Below are positions 46,523-60,350 of a stretch of DNA of 64,000 nt, piece by piece. The translations under genes were made by a program, and so were the position numbers. Position 1 is the stretch's first letter, and the number at the start of each line of letters is the position of its first letter. The DNA is taken from NCBI GenBank assembly GCA_035946735.1, contig DASYYZ010000024.1, positions 13,475-77,474 of the forward strand, in the 5' to 3' direction. The notes under the pieces are model-generated. The model ran no database searches. It saw nothing but the letters and a program-made list of their open reading frames with translations, and was not told the DNA's origin. The DNA is from Terriglobia bacterium (GTDB lineage: Bacteria > Acidobacteriota > Terriglobia > UBA7540).

Positions 46523-47968
46523 TTGACGGACACCTCGCAAAGGATGCAACTTTGGATGTACTGCTTTGTCCGGCCTAACGACCGTTCGTGTCCGATTGGT
46601 TCTTCGACGATGCGCACAATGCCCAAAAATCGCGCCAGCGGCAGGGAGAGAGCTCCGGCTGAATTCCTCATTGAGCCTGCGCGCCGGCTCTACTCCACGA
46701 CGTCCCGGTTCACAGGCCGGTTCCGTTGGGTCATCTGCGCGCTCCTGCTGTTCGGTGTCACCAAGAACTATATGGATCGCCAGGTGCTCGGGGTCCTGAA
46801 GACCACTCTGCAACACGATCTCGGATGGAACGAGATTGACTACGGCAATCTGGTGTTTGCCTTTCAGGCTGCATACGCCGCTGGACTGGTGGTGATCGGC
46901 CGGGTCGCTGATCGTCTGGGAACCCGCCGCTCCTATTCGCTGATCATGGTGGTTTGGAGCGTGGCCTCGATGGCTCACGCCCTGGCTCATTCCCTGGGCC
47001 AATTCGTCGTGGCCCGCTCGGCGTTGGGATTGGGAGAAGGCGGGGTCTTCCCCGTCAGCATGAAGGCGGTGGCCGAATGGTTTCCGCGAAGGGAGCGCGC
47101 CCTCGCCACAGGGATTTTCAACGCCGGAAGCAGCGTGGGCGCGATTGTCACGCCGCTGATTGTGCCTTGGATCACAGTGCATTTTGGCTGGCGCCCGGCC
47201 TTTCTGCTGACCGGCTCGCTGGGGTTTGCATGGCTCGTGCTCTGGCTCGCGATCTATCGAAAGCCGGAAGAACATCCTCGTTGCTCCCAGGCCGAGCTTG
47301 AATATATCGGCGGCGGCCTGCCCGAGAATGTCGAAAAGATCCCCTGGCTCCGGCTGCTGCCCCACCGTCAGACGTGGGCGTTCGTGCTCGGCAAGTTCCT
47401 GACCGATCCGATCTGGTGGTTCTATCTCTTCTGGGTCCCCGACTTTCTGCAGCGCAAGCACGGCCTGCAACTGATCCAGATTGGCATACCTATCGTTGTG
47501 ATCTACGTCATCTCCGATGCCGGCAGCGTCGCGGGAGGCTGGATCTCGTCGCGGCTGGTCAAGCGGGGGGCTAGCGTCAATTTGGCCCGCAAGACGGCGA
47601 TGCTGACCTGCGCGGTCAGTGTAGTGCCGATGATCTTCGCGTACAGGGTGGCAAGCCTCTGGGGAGCGGTTTTCTTGATCGGATTGGCAACGGCAGCGCA
47701 TCAAGGATTTTCCGCCAATCTTTTTACGCTTCCTTCGGATATGTTTCCCAAGCGTGCCGTGGGATCGATCGTGGGCATCGGCGGCATGTCGGGCGCGGTA
47801 GGCGGGATGCTGATCGCAAAGATCGTGGGTTACGCGCTCGAGTGGACGGGCAGCTACCGGATTCCTTTTCTGATGGCCGGCACGGCCTATCTGGTGGCGC
47901 TGGCTGCGATTCAGATTCTGGCGCCGCGCCTCGAACCGGCAACCATCCGGCTCGAATCCGGGGTATGA
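46523..47968 (+). CDS. MFS transporter (hexuronate/ExuT-like)
   Basis: 12-TM pattern with ...NYMDRQVLGVLK..L...LGW.E.DYG..V.AFQ.AY...... The start is probably downstream, e.g. 46610. Confidence 0.85.
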   Translation: MTDTSQRMQLWMYCFVRPNDRSCPIGSSTMRTMPKNRASGRERAPAEFLIEPARRLYSTTSRFTGRFRWVICALLLFGVTKNYMDRQVLGVLKTTLQHDLGWNEIDYGNLVFAFQAAYAAGLVVIGRVADRLGTRRSYSLIMVVWSVASMAHALAHSLGQFVVARSALGLGEGGVFPVSMKAVAEWFPRRERALATGIFNAGSSVGAIVTPLIVPWITVHFGWRPAFLLTGSLGFAWLVLWLAIYRKPEEHPRCSQAELEYIGGGLPENVEKIPWLRLLPHRQTWAFVLGKFLTDPIWWFYLFWVPDFLQRKHGLQLIQIGIPIVVIYVISDAGSVAGGWISSRLVKRGASVNLARKTAMLTCAVSVVPMIFAYRVASLWGAVFLIGLATAAHQGFSANLFTLPSDMFPKRAVGSIVGIGGMSGAVGGMLIAKIVGYALEWTGSYRIPFLMAGTAYLVALAAIQILAPRLEPATIRLESGV

Positions 47969-48044
47969 TTCAGGGCTGCAAAGACTGCGGCCTCGCCGCC
48001 CTGAGACAGCGAGTGGAGGCCGCTTGAGAGGGAGGGTGACAAGG

Positions 48045-49292
48045 ATGGACGAGCGAAACATCGGTTTGACACGAAGAGAGTTCCTCAAGGACACGGCCGC
48101 GGTGAGCGCCGGAGTGGCGGCGTTTGGCGGCCTGGCGCCGGCCAGAATCCTGGGCGCCAACGATCGAATCCGCCTCGGGCTGCTCGGCGCGGGTGAGCGG
48201 GGCGATTACGTCATGACCGTTTTTGCGGGCAACCCGGACGTGGAAGTGGTAGCGATCTGCGACGTCTACGAACCGCACCGCCTTAAAGCGCAGCTCGATT
48301 CCAAAGCGCAGCCGCAGCTTCACACCGACTATCGCGAGGTTCTCGACCGCAAAGACGTTGACGCGGTCCTGATCGCAAGCCCGGATCATTGGCACAAGCA
48401 GATGCTGATCGATGCCGTGAAGGCCGGCAAAGACGCCTACTGCGAAAAGCCGATCATGCACTCCATTCCCGAAGGGGTGGAGATGGTGAATGCCGTGAAA
48501 GAGAGCAACCGGGTGGTGCAGTGCGGGATGCAGCAGCGAAGCTGGCCGCACTGGGTCCTGGCCAAGCAGATCGTGGATGACGGGATGCTCGGCCAGATAT
48601 GCTTCGTGCACACTTACTGGTATCAGAACTACTATGCCGATCGCGGTTGGATGTCCCGGCATCACGTGGATACAAACGCGCTCGACTGGAAAAAGTGGTT
48701 GGGCAGCGCTCCGGATCAGCCTTACAGCGATGAAAAGTTCGCACACTGGCGGTTCTTCTGGGACTTTGGCGGCGGCATCCTCACGGACCTGCTCACTCAT
48801 TGGATTGACATGATCCAGTGGTATCTGGGCCAGCCAGCGCCCCAAACCGCCACCACCACGGGCGATCTTTACCTGATGAAGTGGCAGTGCCCCGACACTA
48901 TCACCGCTGTCTACGAGTACCCCGGCAATACCATGGTGACGTTCACCGGAGCGCTCGGAGGTAGCATTGATGACGGAGGCGTGGAACTTCGCGGCACCAA
49001 GGCGACCCTGAAGGTTGACCGCTCGCGCTTGGCCGTGTACCCGGAGGGCGTCGAGTGGGACCGGAGCGACGCGATCCAAGAACCGCCCGCCCAGGTCTTC
49101 GTTCGCTCCGAACACGACGGCACCATCGAACACGTGAGGAATTTTCTGGACTGCGTGCGGTCGCGCAAGACACCGAACGCCGGTATCGAGGTTGGATTCG
49201 AGGCCGCAAGGACCTCGTGGCTTGGGAATATCGCCTTGCAGCGCGGGTTGAAGACGGTGTGGAATGCCAGCGAAGGGAAGGTGGGCTCTTGA
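48045..49292 (+). CDS. Gfo/Idh/MocA family oxidoreductase with Tat signal
   Basis: LTRREFLKDTAAVSAGVAAF, then the Rossmann motif IRLGLLGAGERG and EKP. Confidence 0.9.
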   Translation: MDERNIGLTRREFLKDTAAVSAGVAAFGGLAPARILGANDRIRLGLLGAGERGDYVMTVFAGNPDVEVVAICDVYEPHRLKAQLDSKAQPQLHTDYREVLDRKDVDAVLIASPDHWHKQMLIDAVKAGKDAYCEKPIMHSIPEGVEMVNAVKESNRVVQCGMQQRSWPHWVLAKQIVDDGMLGQICFVHTYWYQNYYADRGWMSRHHVDTNALDWKKWLGSAPDQPYSDEKFAHWRFFWDFGGGILTDLLTHWIDMIQWYLGQPAPQTATTTGDLYLMKWQCPDTITAVYEYPGNTMVTFTGALGGSIDDGGVELRGTKATLKVDRSRLAVYPEGVEWDRSDAIQEPPAQVFVRSEHDGTIEHVRNFLDCVRSRKTPNAGIEVGFEAARTSWLGNIALQRGLKTVWNASEGKVGS

Positions 49293-49394
49293 AGATCGTT
49301 TTCCCCGCACGCCGTTGAATGACCCGATTCCTCCGCTTTGCGCCTTGGCGACCCGAAATTAGAGTGGTAGGATATTCCTACAAGGAATCATACT

Positions 49395-49748
49395 ATGGCC
49401 GCGGATACGCACGACACATCCGTTGAATACCTCGCCGTCACCAGAATTGGCGAGAAGGGACAGATCACTGTGCCCAAGAGTTTTCGTCAGGCCTTTCAAC
49501 TGGAAACCGGCGCACCGTTCGCCGTCTTAAGACTTGGCGCCGGGCTGATTCTGTTGCCGGAGCAACGCCACTTTGACGAGCTCTGTGGAAGGATCAGCTC
49601 CGTCTTGGCAGGTTCGGGGATTCAGCTCGAGGACCTCTTGGCAACCCTGCCGAAAGCGCGTCGCCGCCTATACAAGCACAGATATGCTACGGAAGCTGCG
49701 AATCGAGAGGCTACATCTAAACGGCCTCGAAGCCACGGCGTGAAGTGA
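49395..49748 (+). CDS. AbrB/MazE/SpoVT-type antitoxin
   Basis: GEKGQITVPKSFRQAFQLETGAPFAVLRLG.GLILLP swapped-hairpin motif. Confidence 0.8.
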   Translation: MAADTHDTSVEYLAVTRIGEKGQITVPKSFRQAFQLETGAPFAVLRLGAGLILLPEQRHFDELCGRISSVLAGSGIQLEDLLATLPKARRRLYKHRYATEAANREATSKRPRSHGVK

Positions 49749-50215
49749 GTCGCGGGCGAAGAATCCGCCTCTTCCTGGACTCAAACGTCATCACCGGCGG
49801 TGTGGTTTCTGCATGGGGCCTTGACAAAGCCGGGTTATCGTTGTGCGCTGCTGGAGTATGCAAGCTGGTGCTGGCCGACGTTGTTGGCGACGAGGTGGAG
49901 GAGAATTTGATCCTTCACGGACGGAAGCTTCCGGCCGCCGTCGCCGACCAACTCGTAGAGCACTACCGTAAGCTCATGGCACTGACTGATCCTGACCGGG
50001 TTCCCTACCCATCGAATGAACAGGTCGGAGCGAGTCGCCATTTGATTCGGCACGCGGCCGATGTTCCGGTGCTGCTCTCCGCTGTGGCAAGCCGTCCAGA
50101 TTGGGTACTGACTCACAATATCAAACATTTCACACCAAGTGTTGGCTTGCGCACCGGCCTGAGAATCGCCACTCCCAAGGAGTTTTTTCAAACCTTGTCC
50201 TCGCTATTCCCGTAA
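49745..50215 (+). CDS. PIN-domain toxin (VapC-like)
   Basis: 4-nt GTGA overlap with the antitoxin gene. LFLDSNVI... with distal acidic residues and ...THNIKHF. Confidence 0.8.
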   Translation: MSRGRRIRLFLDSNVITGGVVSAWGLDKAGLSLCAAGVCKLVLADVVGDEVEENLILHGRKLPAAVADQLVEHYRKLMALTDPDRVPYPSNEQVGASRHLIRHAADVPVLLSAVASRPDWVLTHNIKHFTPSVGLRTGLRIATPKEFFQTLSSLFP

Positions 50216-50337
50216 TCGAGCGCACCTCGCTCCATTCCGAGCGGTCCTCCGGGCTCTACTGGACTTCGTGCAGAAGCCGGTCATTAGGTGCCTGGGTCTA
50301 TCGGCAAACGGCGCTTCTCATGAGCATGATATCGGGG

Positions 50338-52098
50338 TTAGGTCGTTAGCGCAGGAAGGCCCATGCGGCGCACCAAAGCCTTGAACCTGGGATCGGGGCG
50401 CAAATGCTCGAACATGGGATGAACGTTGAGGAAAATAAGCCACAGGGATCGGTTCTCGTAGGCCTTCTCCAGCCACTCGAAGGTTAGGTCTCGTTCGCCC
50501 AGCCCGGCATAGACCATGGCGATGTTGAAGGGAGGGGCGAAACGCTCTCCTCCGCGCTCGCCTAATTCGCTGATCAGCTCGCGGGCCTCCCGGGTTCGAC
50601 CTGAGGCAGCCAGCGTGTGGCCGAGCGCCGCCACCATGTGGGGGTTGCGGTTGGAAAGCATGACCGCGGTTTGGAGCGATCGCAGCGCTTCATCCACCAT
50701 TCCCTTGGCGGCATAAGAGGCGCCCAGAACGAAGTGGGTCTGATAGAAGCCCGCTGCGTCCATTTCCAGGGTCTTGAGGCACTGTTGAATGGCCTCATCG
50801 TGCTGACCAGCCAGGCTGAGGACCAGGCCGGCGCTGGCGCCGATGGCGAGCGAGAACGGGTCGAGTTGCAAGGCGCGACGGACCTCGCCGCTCGCCTCCC
50901 CGTGACGCCCGAGGGCCGACAGCTCGAACGCGTACCACGGCCGCGCCACCGGGTAACTGGGGTTGAGCTCGAAAGCGCGGTGGAATTCACGCTCCGCTCC
51001 GGCCCAGTCCCACTCGTGGAACATCTTGCAAAAGGCGAGGGAGGCATGGGCCTCGGCGAGCGCGTCATTCAGCTCGAGCGCCCGGGTGGCCGCCGCCTGC
51101 GCTTTCGGTAATGCGGCGCCCGGGGGGAGCATGGAGTTCCATCCCAACATGGCATAGCAGTCCGCAAGACCAGCGTAAGCCTGAGCGTAGCCAGGCTCGA
51201 GGCCGATGGCGCGATTGAAATAGTCCGCGCCCTTGTTAAGAGCCTCCTCCGTTCGCTTGTTCCAGAAGTAGCGTCCCTTGAGATAATGCTCGTAGGCCTC
51301 GGCGCTTGGAGTAACAGAGCGCTGGTTTTGGTTGGGCAGCAGCTCGACCTCCAGGGAATCGGCAATGCTCTTCGCCACCTCCGTCTGCACAGCAAAAACA
51401 TCCGTCAGTGAGCGCTCATAACCCTTGGCCCAGAGATGGGTCTGATCGCTCACCTGAATCAGCCGGGCATTGATGCGAATGCGGTCGCCGGCGCGCCGTA
51501 CGCTGCCTTCCAGGACGTAATTCACCCCGAGTTCATGGCCAATCTCGGCCACGCCTTTGTCGGCGTTGCGGTACTTCATCACCGAGGTGCGGGCGATCAC
51601 CCCCAGCCTTCGCGGTGAAATCATCCCCAGGTGGCCGATCATTTCCTCTGTCATGCCATCGCTGAAGAATTCCTGCTCCGGATCGGCGCTGAGATTGTTG
51701 AAAGGAAGCACAGCCAGCATCACTTTCTCGGGCTTCTCGCCCGAACGAGCAATGCCGGCAGGCGGCTGCACCGGCAAAATGAACCGGTAACCGCGGCGCG
51801 GCAAGGTCTCGATGAATCGCGGGTGCTCCGCCGAATCACCCAGCGCCATGCGAATCTTCTTGATCGTGGTGTTCAACCCGTCCTCAAAGTCGACAAAGGT
51901 ATCCGCCGCCCAGAGACGCTTGCGCAGCTCCTCTCGAGTTACGACCTCGCCGGCGTGTTGCACGAGCAACGCCAAAACCTGGAAGGGCTGATCCTGAAGG
52001 CTGACCTTGACGCCGCTCTTGCGCAGCTCGCCCGAGCGCAGGTCCAGTTCGAACGCGGCAAAGCGCACCGGGCGCAAACCAGCAGTAAGTTCCGTCAT
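50338..52098 (-). CDS. CadC/OmpR-type winged-helix DNA-binding domain protein with TPR region
   Basis: FAAFELDLRSGELRK.G..V.LQ.QPF.VL..LV...G.VVTREEL...LW........GLN..I.K.R.ALGD.......IETLPRRGYRF. Confidence 0.85.
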   Translation of the reverse strand: MTELTAGLRPVRFAAFELDLRSGELRKSGVKVSLQDQPFQVLALLVQHAGEVVTREELRKRLWAADTFVDFEDGLNTTIKKIRMALGDSAEHPRFIETLPRRGYRFILPVQPPAGIARSGEKPEKVMLAVLPFNNLSADPEQEFFSDGMTEEMIGHLGMISPRRLGVIARTSVMKYRNADKGVAEIGHELGVNYVLEGSVRRAGDRIRINARLIQVSDQTHLWAKGYERSLTDVFAVQTEVAKSIADSLEVELLPNQNQRSVTPSAEAYEHYLKGRYFWNKRTEEALNKGADYFNRAIGLEPGYAQAYAGLADCYAMLGWNSMLPPGAALPKAQAAATRALELNDALAEAHASLAFCKMFHEWDWAGAEREFHRAFELNPSYPVARPWYAFELSALGRHGEASGEVRRALQLDPFSLAIGASAGLVLSLAGQHDEAIQQCLKTLEMDAAGFYQTHFVLGASYAAKGMVDEALRSLQTAVMLSNRNPHMVAALGHTLAASGRTREARELISELGERGGERFAPPFNIAMVYAGLGERDLTFEWLEKAYENRSLWLIFLNVHPMFEHLRPDPRFKALVRRMGLPALTT

Positions 52099-52262
52099 CG
52101 CCGACGCCCTCTAAGTGCGCACGAGTCTATCACTGAACTTGATGTCCGGCAATGAGTCGATTCAAGAGTTATTGTCTATATTTTCAAAACACGCAATGCC
52201 TGAACTGTGCCTCCTCTTCGCTTTCCTCCAGCGCCTCCCTGCCTCAGCTACAATTAGGCTCT

Positions 52263-53243
52263 ATGGCCTTCAGCTTGTTCCGCAAGGATGAGAAAAAGAC
52301 AGGCTTCTTCGACCGGCTTAAGCAAGCGGTGTCTTCGACCAAGGCGCAGATTGTCGAGAAGATCGAGGCCATCACCGAAGGCCGCGAGATCATCGACGAA
52401 TCGGTCCTGGACTCGCTCGAGGTGGTGCTCATCCAGGCGGACCTGGGCGTGAAGACGGCCAGCGAGATCATCGAGCGGCTGCGTAAACGGCTGCGTAAGC
52501 GCGAACTTCGCGCCAGTGCCGACGTAAGGCCTGCCCTCGAGCAGGAGATCTTCAATGTCCTCGAGAATACAAATGGAACCGGGTCCGCAGCGGGCCGCAG
52601 GCCGGCACCACAGAAGCCTCCCACCGGCCTCCCGGAAGTGATCTTCATGGTGGGTGTCAACGGCGTGGGCAAGACCACCACTATTGCCAAGCTGGCCCGG
52701 CATTACCTTGACCGGAGCGCGAATCCTCTGCTCGCGGCCGCGGATACCTTTCGAGCCGCCGCTGGAGAGCAACTGGAGGTGTGGGCTGCCCGCCTCGGCA
52801 TTGAGATGGTTGGCTTGAAGTCCGGGGCCGATCCCGCCGCCGTGCTCTTCGACGCTTTGGCCAAGGCCAGGAAGGGCAAAGAGTCACCGGTGATCGTCGA
52901 TACCGCCGGCCGCCTTCACACCAAATACAACCTGATGGCGGAACTCGAAAAGATGTGCCGCATCGCCGGCCGCGAGGTTCCGGGCGCGCCGCATCAAGTG
53001 CTGCTCGTGATCGACGCCACCACCGGCCAGAACGGATTGCAGCAGGCCCGCATCTTCGCTGAGAAGGCCGGCGTCACCGGGATCATTCTGACCAAGCTGG
53101 ACGGGACTGCCAAAGGCGGCATCGTGGTGGCTATCGCTCATGAACTCGGCCTACCCATACAGTTCGTCGGCGTAGGCGAGAAGCTGGAGGACCTGCTACC
53201 CTTCAATGCGCGCGAGTTCGTGGCGTCGATCTTCGAAGCCTGA
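52263..53243 (+). CDS. ftsY: Signal recognition particle receptor FtsY
   Basis: [42 protein letters not shown]. The ATG at 52263 gives a typical N-terminus MAFSLFRK....GFFDRLK. Confidence 0.93.
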   Translation: MAFSLFRKDEKKTGFFDRLKQAVSSTKAQIVEKIEAITEGREIIDESVLDSLEVVLIQADLGVKTASEIIERLRKRLRKRELRASADVRPALEQEIFNVLENTNGTGSAAGRRPAPQKPPTGLPEVIFMVGVNGVGKTTTIAKLARHYLDRSANPLLAAADTFRAAAGEQLEVWAARLGIEMVGLKSGADPAAVLFDALAKARKGKESPVIVDTAGRLHTKYNLMAELEKMCRIAGREVPGAPHQVLLVIDATTGQNGLQQARIFAEKAGVTGIILTKLDGTAKGGIVVAIAHELGLPIQFVGVGEKLEDLLPFNAREFVASIFEA

Positions 53244-53283
53244 TGGGATTTGTTGCAGGCCAATTCTTCAATGAGCAACCGCC

Positions 53284-53820
53284 GTGGCCGTCTACATTGC
53301 CTTACTTCGTGGCGTGAATGTAGGACAGAACATCCTCAAGATGGATCGTCTTCGCGATTTGTGCGCGGAGCTCGCCTTCAGGAACGTAACCACGTACGTG
53401 CAAAGCGGCAATATCGTCTTCGAGGCTGACGGTTCACCGCCGGAGTGCCGCGAGGCGATCGAGAAGCGGCTGGCGGGCCAGACCCGTTTGCCAGTTACGG
53501 TGATCGTCCGGACACCGGCTGAACTCGGCTCGATCATCCGCCTTAATCCGTTCCTGCAGGACAAAGCCGTCGATCGCTCGAAGCTGCACGTGACCTTTCT
53601 CGCGGGCGCTCCGGCGAAAGGGAGCCGGTCAAAGCTCAGCGCGATCGCGGCTGGCGCCGACCAATTCCGTCTCTCCGGCAAAGACGTCTACTTGTACTGC
53701 CCCGGCGGCTATGGTGAATCCAAGCTGTCCAACAGCGCGCTCGAGAAGTCGCTAGGGGTCAGAGCTACCACGCGAAACTGGAATACGGTAAACAGACTCT
53801 ACGAGATGGCGGCCACCTGA
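53284..53820 (+). CDS. DUF1697 family protein
   Basis: YIALLRGVNVGQNILKMDRLRDLCAELAFRNVTTYVQSGNIVF. Confidence 0.8.
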   Translation: MAVYIALLRGVNVGQNILKMDRLRDLCAELAFRNVTTYVQSGNIVFEADGSPPECREAIEKRLAGQTRLPVTVIVRTPAELGSIIRLNPFLQDKAVDRSKLHVTFLAGAPAKGSRSKLSAIAAGADQFRLSGKDVYLYCPGGYGESKLSNSALEKSLGVRATTRNWNTVNRLYEMAAT

Positions 53821-53993
53821 TTTCAGCCACCCGCTTGAAAGTTGTCACCATCGCAGCCCTTGAGAGTTGTCGCGCCGCCGGGAAGCGCGCAAAAAACTGA
53901 CCCGCTGATTGGTCCATGTTCGCCCCTCTTTGGTCCCGCTAAAATTCGTGACCTGGAAAAACCAGCACGAGAAAACTGACTCCCAGTCCTCAC

Positions 53994-57951
<3,958 letters not shown>

Positions 57952-57965
<14 letters not shown>

Positions 57966-58308
57966 CCGGGCTAGTCACTGACGTCTCGACGTAGCGCAGC
58001 ACGGTGTGATTCACCACCGAGCTGAACCACCGTTGCCGAAAATCCTTGCCCTCCGGCGACATCAGCCACTGACGAAAGCGGTCGGCATGCTCCTGGTCAG
58101 GCCAGAAAGCCTCGTTCAGATACTTGGGGCGGCGCTCCGGCTTGCCCCGATCATAGTCGCCGCGAATGCCGTCCACAAAAAGCCACGTCTTACGCTCCAT
58201 ACAGCCGAATCGTCTGGTGGCCTCGTCGAGGCCGCTATCCAACCATTCGATGAAAGAGCTCTCGACGATTCCGGGCTTCACATCAAAAGCGTGAATCACT
58301 CGCAGCAT
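57952..58308 (-). CDS. Hypothetical protein
   Basis: The ATG at 58308 is preceded by GAGGAG. 118 aa, no family recognised. Its 3' end overlaps the kinase gene end by 14 nt (convergent). Confidence 0.5.
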
Positions 58309-58424
58309 CTGAAGGCTCCTCGCACTCGCCGCGTCCCTGAATCGTAGCGCAGCGGGCAAGGGATTTCAACCGCCTTCGGCCACAACGCCGGCATCTTTTT
58401 CGCCGTGCGGCCTACTGTCCGCCA

Positions 58425-60062
58425 CTACTCTGCCGCGGATTCCTGCCGGCGGCTGGCGAGGATCTGTTTGGCATGGACGAGAAGGGCCGCGGCTTGAGGC
58501 ATCGAATCGACGGCCTTGGCCACCAGCGGATCGTTCTGGGCCTCGAGCTTCAACTCCTGATCGCGCCCGTAGACGTCCTCGACGAGCTGGTCGCGGACTT
58601 GGGCTTTGATGTAATCGATATTGTCCTGGACGTCGTCCGGGGTCACGTGAAAATGGTGGTCCGTCAGGTACTGATTGAAATCGTTGACCACCTCTGGCGT
58701 CACCTCGAAGTCGCGCGCAATGGTCTTATGAACGCCCAGATAGTGCTGAGTGAAGCCGTAAATGGCGTCGTGGTCCGCAAGGTCCTGCTGGACCGCGGTC
58801 AGGGCGGTTGGCGCCACCTCAATATCGGGTGTGATTCCGCCACCGCCATATACTTCGCGGCCACCGTCGGTGCGACGCACTTCGATACGAGGCGACTGGC
58901 CGCCTTCGGCGTGGTAGAAGTAGTCGTAGGGCGAGACCTCCGAATAGTCGCGCTGGATCAAGCGTCCGCTGGGGGTGTAGTAATGCGCCGTGGTCAACGC
59001 AAGGCCGGCATGCTCGCTGAGCGCGTACACGGACTGCACCAGGCCCTTGCCAAAACTCGGTTCGCCGATCACCAGCGCCCGGTCATGATCCTGCAGGGCT
59101 CCGGTCACGATCTCGGCGGCGCTGGCGGTGTAACGATTTACCAGCACCACCATGGGATACTCTTGGCCGCGGTTGCCGTGCATGGCGTTGTAGCGTTGCT
59201 CCGGCATCACTCGCCCGTTCTGATAAACAATCAACTGGCCTTTGGCGAGGAAGTGATCGGAAACCGCCACCGCCTGATCGAGCAAGCCTCCCGGATTGCC
59301 GCGCAGATCCAGGATGAGGCCCTTGATCTCCCCCAGGTTCATATTTTTGAGCGCCGCGCTGAGCTCGTCGTCAGTGGTCTCAAAAAAATTGTTGATGTGG
59401 AGGTAGGCGATTCCCGGTTTCACTATCAAGGCGTTGTCGACAGTGGGATTCTTGATCTCGTCGCGCGTGATGGTGAATTCAAGCGGCTGGTCATAGCCTT
59501 CGCGCTCCACAAACACATGGACTACCGTTCCCTTCGGACCCCGCAGCATGCTGCTAACGCGATTGCCGTCGAGCCCCTCGGTGGCGGTTTCATCCACCTT
59601 GCGGATGGTGTCTCCAGGGCGAACCCCGGCCTTGAATGCCGGTGATCCCGGCACCAGGGCCGGAACATAGGTGGAGAGCTTATTCGTCCGGTCGAGGCGC
59701 GTCACAATGCTCATGCCCACGCCGTAATACTTCACTTGCTCCTGTTCCCGGATTTGATTGAATGCGTGCGGGCCAAAAAAATCCGAGTGCGGGTCGAGCG
59801 GACGCAGCATTCCCGGAATCGCGCCTACCGGGCTCGCCGGAACGTCAAGGCCGTAGATGGCTTTGTCAGGGTCGATTTTCTCGGCGTACTCGGTTTCTAC
59901 GATTTGATAAACGCGGGTGAAATTCCGCAGCATGGCCTGCACGTCCGCATCTCCACTGTCGCCACTCCCGGCCTGGACGCGCGGACCGTAGAACCCTCCG
60001 GCCAACGCCCCAATCAAAACGGCGACGGCGACGAACCCTAGCGAGCGTGAGGCGCTGGGCAT
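58425..60062 (-). CDS. S41 family C-terminal processing peptidase with PDZ domain
   Basis: GLILDLRGNPGGLLDQAV; TASAAEI..GALQD; PSFGKG; PDZ-like GSPAFKAGVRPGD.I..VD. Confidence 0.9.
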   Translation of the reverse strand: MPSASRSLGFVAVAVLIGALAGGFYGPRVQAGSGDSGDADVQAMLRNFTRVYQIVETEYAEKIDPDKAIYGLDVPASPVGAIPGMLRPLDPHSDFFGPHAFNQIREQEQVKYYGVGMSIVTRLDRTNKLSTYVPALVPGSPAFKAGVRPGDTIRKVDETATEGLDGNRVSSMLRGPKGTVVHVFVEREGYDQPLEFTITRDEIKNPTVDNALIVKPGIAYLHINNFFETTDDELSAALKNMNLGEIKGLILDLRGNPGGLLDQAVAVSDHFLAKGQLIVYQNGRVMPEQRYNAMHGNRGQEYPMVVLVNRYTASAAEIVTGALQDHDRALVIGEPSFGKGLVQSVYALSEHAGLALTTAHYYTPSGRLIQRDYSEVSPYDYFYHAEGGQSPRIEVRRTDGGREVYGGGGITPDIEVAPTALTAVQQDLADHDAIYGFTQHYLGVHKTIARDFEVTPEVVNDFNQYLTDHHFHVTPDDVQDNIDYIKAQVRDQLVEDVYGRDQELKLEAQNDPLVAKAVDSMPQAAALLVHAKQILASRRQESAAE

Positions 60063-60350
60063 TCGGCTTCCCTCCTGGCGCGACTAGTATTCGGATGTTC
60101 CGGTGCGCCTTCTTGTTGCCTGATGCCCCCGGCGCCATCCCGACCCCGTCGCCAGAAAACTCATATTATAGACGCTCACGCGCCGCGGTCAGAGTTTGTT
60201 GAAAAGCGCTTTGACACCTCGCGTCAAGGCACCGCTTCGGCCGGGCATCGCCCGGCGGGGGACGCCGCCGTCCGCAAGGCGTACGAGAAAGCCGTGCGCA
60301 TGCGATAGACGGTTGACGGCGTGGCGCAGAGCGCCGTTTTCGAGGAGGCG

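Noticed and set aside
46499-49310. Two very long minus-strand ORFs (553 aa and 446 aa) opposite the MFS transporter and Gfo/Idh/MocA genes
   Set aside because: No motifs and extreme Arg/Pro/His content, whereas the plus-strand products have clear family signatures. These are shadow ORFs.
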